A DNA stretch of 64,000 nucleotides, from the NCBI GenBank assembly GCA_963750165.1, contig CAVVPN010000009.1:1-64000 (forward strand). The letters run 5' to 3'. Under the pieces are notes generated by a model. That model worked only from the letters and a program-made list of their open reading frames with translations, was not told the DNA's origin and searched no databases. The DNA comes from an uncultured Gemmataceae bacterium (GTDB lineage Bacteria; Planctomycetota; Planctomycetia; Gemmatales; Gemmataceae). Positions 59,785 through 64,000 of this stretch are shown here, in pieces (position 1 is the first letter of the stretch; the number at the start of each line of letters is the position of its first letter). The translations under genes were made by a program, and so were the position numbers.

Positions 59785-60513
59785 ATGCGCACAAACAACC
59801 GAGTCCTGATCCGAGTGGCCTTTGTCCTCGTGTTGGCCGCTGTAGTGGCAATGCCAAGGCCGGCGAAGGCAGGGTTTATCCTCGTCACCAGCGAATCGGC
59901 CCTCGGCGCGAACGACTCTATCGACTGGGGCAGCCTTGGTACGCTAACCACCCCTGGCTTCTCGCTTACCACGGCGGATGGAAACTACGTGAACGGGACG
60001 ATCGTTGGTTTCGCTAACGTCGGCGGCCTGACCAGTTTTGGCATCGGCCAATTGAATGGTTTCCCCGCTGTTTTCGGCAGCGCAGTGGACTCGCAGGGCG
60101 TTGCAGGAGTATCGATCACCCTCACTTTTGCCCAACCCGTCTCCGGCTTTGGGGCTGTAATCGAAAACAGCGCGGGTGATGAATTCATGGATACTTACAT
60201 CACGGCCACGGATACGAACGGAAACACACAGACGTTTGGGACTAATGACAGTGCATTCACGTTGCCTGGCGGTGGTCCTGGCTTCGTCGGCGTCAGCAAT
60301 GATACTGCTAACATTTCCAGCGTGACATACACCATCTCTGACGGAGGTATCATCACAAATTATTCAAGCGGAGAACTGATCATCGGCCAGGCGGCCCTCG
60401 CCTCGCCAACGGAGTCGAGCGTTCCTGAACCTACCAGTCTCACGTTGGTTGGGCTCGGCATCATCGGCCTTCTCGGCTACAACTGGCGGCGACGAAAGCG
60501 TGCCGCGACGTAG
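59785..60513 (+). CDS. PEP-CTERM sorting domain protein
   Basis: AGGAG SD, Sec signal (...PAKA), C-terminal VPEPTSL-TM-WRRRKR. Confidence 0.93.
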   Translation: MRTNNRVLIRVAFVLVLAAVVAMPRPAKAGFILVTSESALGANDSIDWGSLGTLTTPGFSLTTADGNYVNGTIVGFANVGGLTSFGIGQLNGFPAVFGSAVDSQGVAGVSITLTFAQPVSGFGAVIENSAGDEFMDTYITATDTNGNTQTFGTNDSAFTLPGGGPGFVGVSNDTANISSVTYTISDGGIITNYSSGELIIGQAALASPTESSVPEPTSLTLVGLGIIGLLGYNWRRRKRAAT

Positions 60514-60567
60514 GCACAAGGTTTTACACTCTTTGCTGCGCCGGCGCCAGGGCAAAGAAGCCGCAGC

Positions 60568-63432
60568 TCAGTGCCCTGCGGTCGTCCGCGGCCGCCCCGC
60601 CGTCTCGCCGCACAACCGCTGCAGGTCGTACTCTTTCAACCGCCCCGGATGCGCACTGAAATACTCCTCCAGCAGCGGCCGCACCTGGTGCTCCCACACC
60701 ACGCGCAGCCGCGCCTCGTCCAACTCCGGCACCATGAAGTAACTGTGGCCGACCTGCTGCGCCGCTCCCAGATCCTCACGCAGCCGGCCGTTCAGCCGCT
60801 CGAACAGCCCCACCACCGCCCGGCGAAGTCCGCGCCGGCGCGCGGCGGATGGTCCGCCAGCCACGCCGCCAGCACGTCCGCGCTGGGCGGCATCTCCAGG
60901 AACGAGAAGCGCCGCCGCAGCGCCTGGTCGATCAGCGCCACCGAGCGGTCCGCCGCGTTCATCGTCCCAAGCAGGTACAGGTTGCGCGGCAGCCGGAACT
61001 CGCGCCGCGAGTACGGCAGTCGCACGCTCTGCTCGCGGTACTCCAGCAGATACAGCAGCTCGCCGAAGACGCGCGGCAGGTTGCCGCGATTGATCTCGTC
61101 GATGATGAGCACGTGCGCCGCCGCCGGCTCGCGCTCCGCCTGCGCCGCGAAGGCGCACAACAGCCCCTCCTCCACCGGGTAGCTCACCTCATGACGGCCG
61201 TTGACCTCGACCGTCCGCGCCTTGATGCCCTCGACGAATTCCTCGTAACTGTACGCTGGGTGGAACTGCACCAACCGCACCGCCTCCGGCCGGCCGTCGG
61301 TCAGCAGCCGCGCCAGGCAGCGGGCCACGTGTGTCTTGCCGGTGCCGGGCACGCCCTGCAAAATCAGCTGCCGCTTCAACTCCAGCAGTTCCCGCGCCCG
61401 CCGCAGCCAGTCCGCCCCCAGATGCGTCGCTCGCTGGAAGTCCGCGGCGCTGAACGGCCCCTCCGGCCGGCCCTCGCCCGTCCGCCGCGTCAGCAGCTGC
61501 TGCGGCTCGGCACTCACGGCACAGGCGAACGCCGGCAGCAGGCGGTCGAACGTCAGCAGGATGTCGCCGACCAGGTCGTCACCGGCCAGCAGCGGCGCGT
61601 CCGACGGCAGTACCTTGGCGGCCACCAGCGTTTTGCCGGCGGCCCACGCTCGCAGCTCGCCAGCGTCGGTCAGCGGTTTGGCGTCGGCAAAATCGTCGGC
61701 GGCGCCGAAGCGGCATTCAGCGCACGCGCCGCTGCGCGCACAGCGCCCGGTACAGCAGTTCCGCGTGCTCCTGCACGTTGCGGCGGAACAGTTTGGCGGC
61801 GGCCCGGGCGTCGCGGCCAATGCGCAGGCCGTAGCCGACCCCCGCCGCGGACAGGCGCACGAAGAACTGCACGTCGTTACGCTTGCCTGCGGCGCGGCGG
61901 CAGAAGGTGATCCACAGCTCCGTGTGGTACGGCGTCGATTTGCCGAAGTCGTTCTTGCAGATGCTGGTCAGGGCGCGGCCGCTGCGCGGCGCCGTCTCCA
62001 GATCCCAGCCGTGCTGCCGCCGCAGCACCGGCTCGACGTAGCGCTGCCCCAGCGCCTGGCACAGCTCAACCAACGGCTCACGCACCGCGAAACGGTAGCG
62101 CGGCTTCTGGGCGTGGACCCAGTCGCGGCGGTTGTGCCCGGCCAGCTCGCGCAGGAAGCGGAAGGTGTCGGCGCAGAAGCCGCCGAAGCGATCCGTGGGG
62201 CAGACATCCGAGCCCGAGCGCCAGCGCGGAGCCCCGCGCTGGCGCTCGGGCTCGGATGTCTGCCCCACGTTGGCGAACAGCGCCGGCGCTTCCAGCGGGT
62301 GCAGGCGGTGCTGGCCGCGCAGCCAGGCCAGCGCCTCATTGAACAGGCGGTAGCGCTCGGCGGCCGGCACCAGCGGATCGTCGGCGTCGCTCAGCGCCGC
62401 GTAGCCGCGCCGCGCCGCCTCGTCCCAGACGGCGAAACGGCGGGCGTCGTGGATGTGCAACAGCGCGGTCGGCAGCCACAGGCCGGCGCCCGGGATCGGC
62501 TCGCACCGCCAGAACTCGTCCAGCACCGGCAACGGATCTTCGGCCGCGGTCAGGCGCAGGCCCCAGTCGCGCAGCAGTTCGCCGCACGCCTCCCAGGCGA
62601 CCGGCGCCCGCCGCACTGCCGCCGCGTCCATAAGCGCCAGCGCCGCCGCCACGCCGCGGCCGTCCGCGGCGGCCAGGGCAGCGGTCAGTTGCCGCCGCGC
62701 CTCCTGCAGCACGGCGCCGCGTTCTTTCAAGCGCTGCCGCAACGGCACCCGCGCCCGTTCCTGGCGAATCAATGCCGGCACGTCGATGCCGGAGCGGCCG
62801 ACGCCCGACCACAAATCGCGGCCACGCAGCGCCGCCACCAGCGTGAAGAAATGGTCCAGATGCAACGCGGACAGGCGCGGCTGGCGGCGCAGGATCTCAC
62901 CGTACAGCCCGGCGAGCGCGACATAGGCCGCAGCCAGGTCGTGCTGCCGCAGACCGCGGGCCAGGTCCAGCCGCTCCAGGCCGTACCGCACCGCGGGCGT
63001 CCAGCCGGGCCACTGCGTCGGCTCCAGCGCCTGGAACAGCGCCGACCAGAACGCCGGCCCCAGCCCCGGCACGTGGTACGCCCCGGCCGGCGTCAGGAAC
63101 GCCGCCGCCCGGGACGCCAGCGGTTCGCGGCCGCGCAGCAGATGGCCAAGCCCGTGCCGCACCACGCCGGCGCGGCGCAGCAGTGTGACGCGGTGCAGTG
63201 GCGGCCGCACCACCGCCTCGTAAAACGTCAGCAGCGCTTCTTGAAAGGCTTCTTCGCTGGCGCTATCGATGAATGCCTCACGCAGCAGGCCCTGCGGCGC
63301 GTCCAGCACGGCGCGGAAGCGCGGCCCCAGCTCCGGCAGCCGACCCAGCTCCGCGCCCGGGGCGGGGCCGGCTTCGAGGTAGCTGCGCAGCAGCGGCACC
63401 AGCGGCAGCGGCGCGGGACGTGCGACCCTCAT
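60568..63432 (-). CDS. McrB-like AAA+ GTPase fused to DUF2461-like and N-terminal helical domains (frameshifts ~61735, ~60820)
   Basis: GVPGTGKT, VQFHPAYSYEEFVEG, IIDEINRGN, MNAADRS, ALRRRF and GHSYF motifs. FGGF..DTFRFLREL..HNRRDW is DUF2461-like. Confidence 0.85.
62194..62269. repeat. Perfect 76-bp palindrome (36-bp arms, 4-nt loop) in frame inside the McrB-like gene
   Basis: cgtggggcagacatccgagcccgagcgccagcgcgg-agcc-ccgcgctggcgctcgggctcggatgtctgccccacg. Confidence 0.95.
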
Positions 63433-63605
63433 GGCTCCATCGACTTCCCCTGGGCGGCCGGCGATCTTGCCCCGGGCATTGTAGCAGTCGCACCGCCGCA
63501 CCGCCCGCGTTTTTCGACCACCTGTGTGGGATCGTAATACAATGCCAGAGCGTGAATTGGTCGATTGTGCAACAAACCACGTGTCCCCAACCGAAAGGAG
63601 TGCCC

Positions 63606-64000
63606 ATGAAGACCATCCTGCTGTCCGCGTTACTCGCCTGCGGTCTGCTGGCCTGCCTGACTCCGCCTGCCGCCGCCCAGGGCCGACTGGGCTACAGCAA
63701 CCCCTACGTCTACTACGAAATTCACCACGCGTGGCCCGGCCCGTATCCGTACCCTTACCCCTACTCGTATGGGTGGTATCCTTACACCGCCGAATACTAC
63801 AACCTCTACAACTTTGAACAGCAGAACCTGTACAACAATTCCCTGGCGATCAAGAACTTTTACCATTCGCCGTCCGGGGCGATTGACCCCATTGGCGGCG
63901 AACCGACGCCGAAGACCACGATGTTGCCGCCGCCCCTGGAAACGCACGGTGTTGTGGCCGTCAAGGTGCCCAGCGCCTACGCCCAGGTGTGGTTCAACGG
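63606..64000 (+). CDS. Exported Tyr/Pro-rich protein with probable TIGR03000 planctomycete domain (partial)
   Basis: GAAAGGAG SD. MKTILLSALLACGLL...AAA signal, PYPYPYPY, then VAVKVPSAYAQVWFN at the window edge. Confidence 0.8.
   Translation, partial: MKTILLSALLACGLLACLTPPAAAQGRLGYSNPYVYYEIHHAWPGPYPYPYPYSYGWYPYTAEYYNLYNFEQQNLYNNSLAIKNFYHSPSGAIDPIGGEPTPKTTMLPPPLETHGVVAVKVPSAYAQVWFN

Overview
High-GC bacterial DNA that is almost certainly Planctomycetota, probably Gemmataceae-like. The evidence is LExLExR-type export signals, TIGR02999-type ECF sigma factors with a Ser/Thr kinase, PEP-CTERM proteins and TIGR03118/TIGR03000-type proteins. The left 38.6 kb is most likely one giant minus-strand surface-protein gene of at least ~12,880 aa that runs off the window edge. 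It is split into several ORFs by five small frameshifts. These, and five more in ordinary genes, can all be repaired by restoring 1-2 bases in G/C runs or (GC)n tracts, so they look like sequencing errors. The protein has an N-terminal HExxH metalloprotease, then RTX-like, NHL, FG-GAP, LamG, HAF, LRR, Gly-rich, PKD and Ig modules, many nested inside one another. The right part holds a GT4 glycosyltransferase, an ECF-kinase-secreted protein cassette, an ABC exporter, ettA, an S46 peptidase, small exported proteins, decayed TA and PEP-CTERM fragments, a second ECF, a PEP-CTERM gene and an orphan McrB-like GTPase fused to DUF2461. The best unexplained signals are: (i) a ~120-bp non-coding element with compensatory base changes upstream of both the giant gene and the PEP-CTERM gene; (ii) the nested and circularly permuted architecture of the giant protein; (iii) a perfect 76-bp palindrome translated in frame inside the McrB-like gene. 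No rRNA, tRNA, CRISPR array or intact transposase was seen. Family names come from motif recognition by eye, not from database searches.
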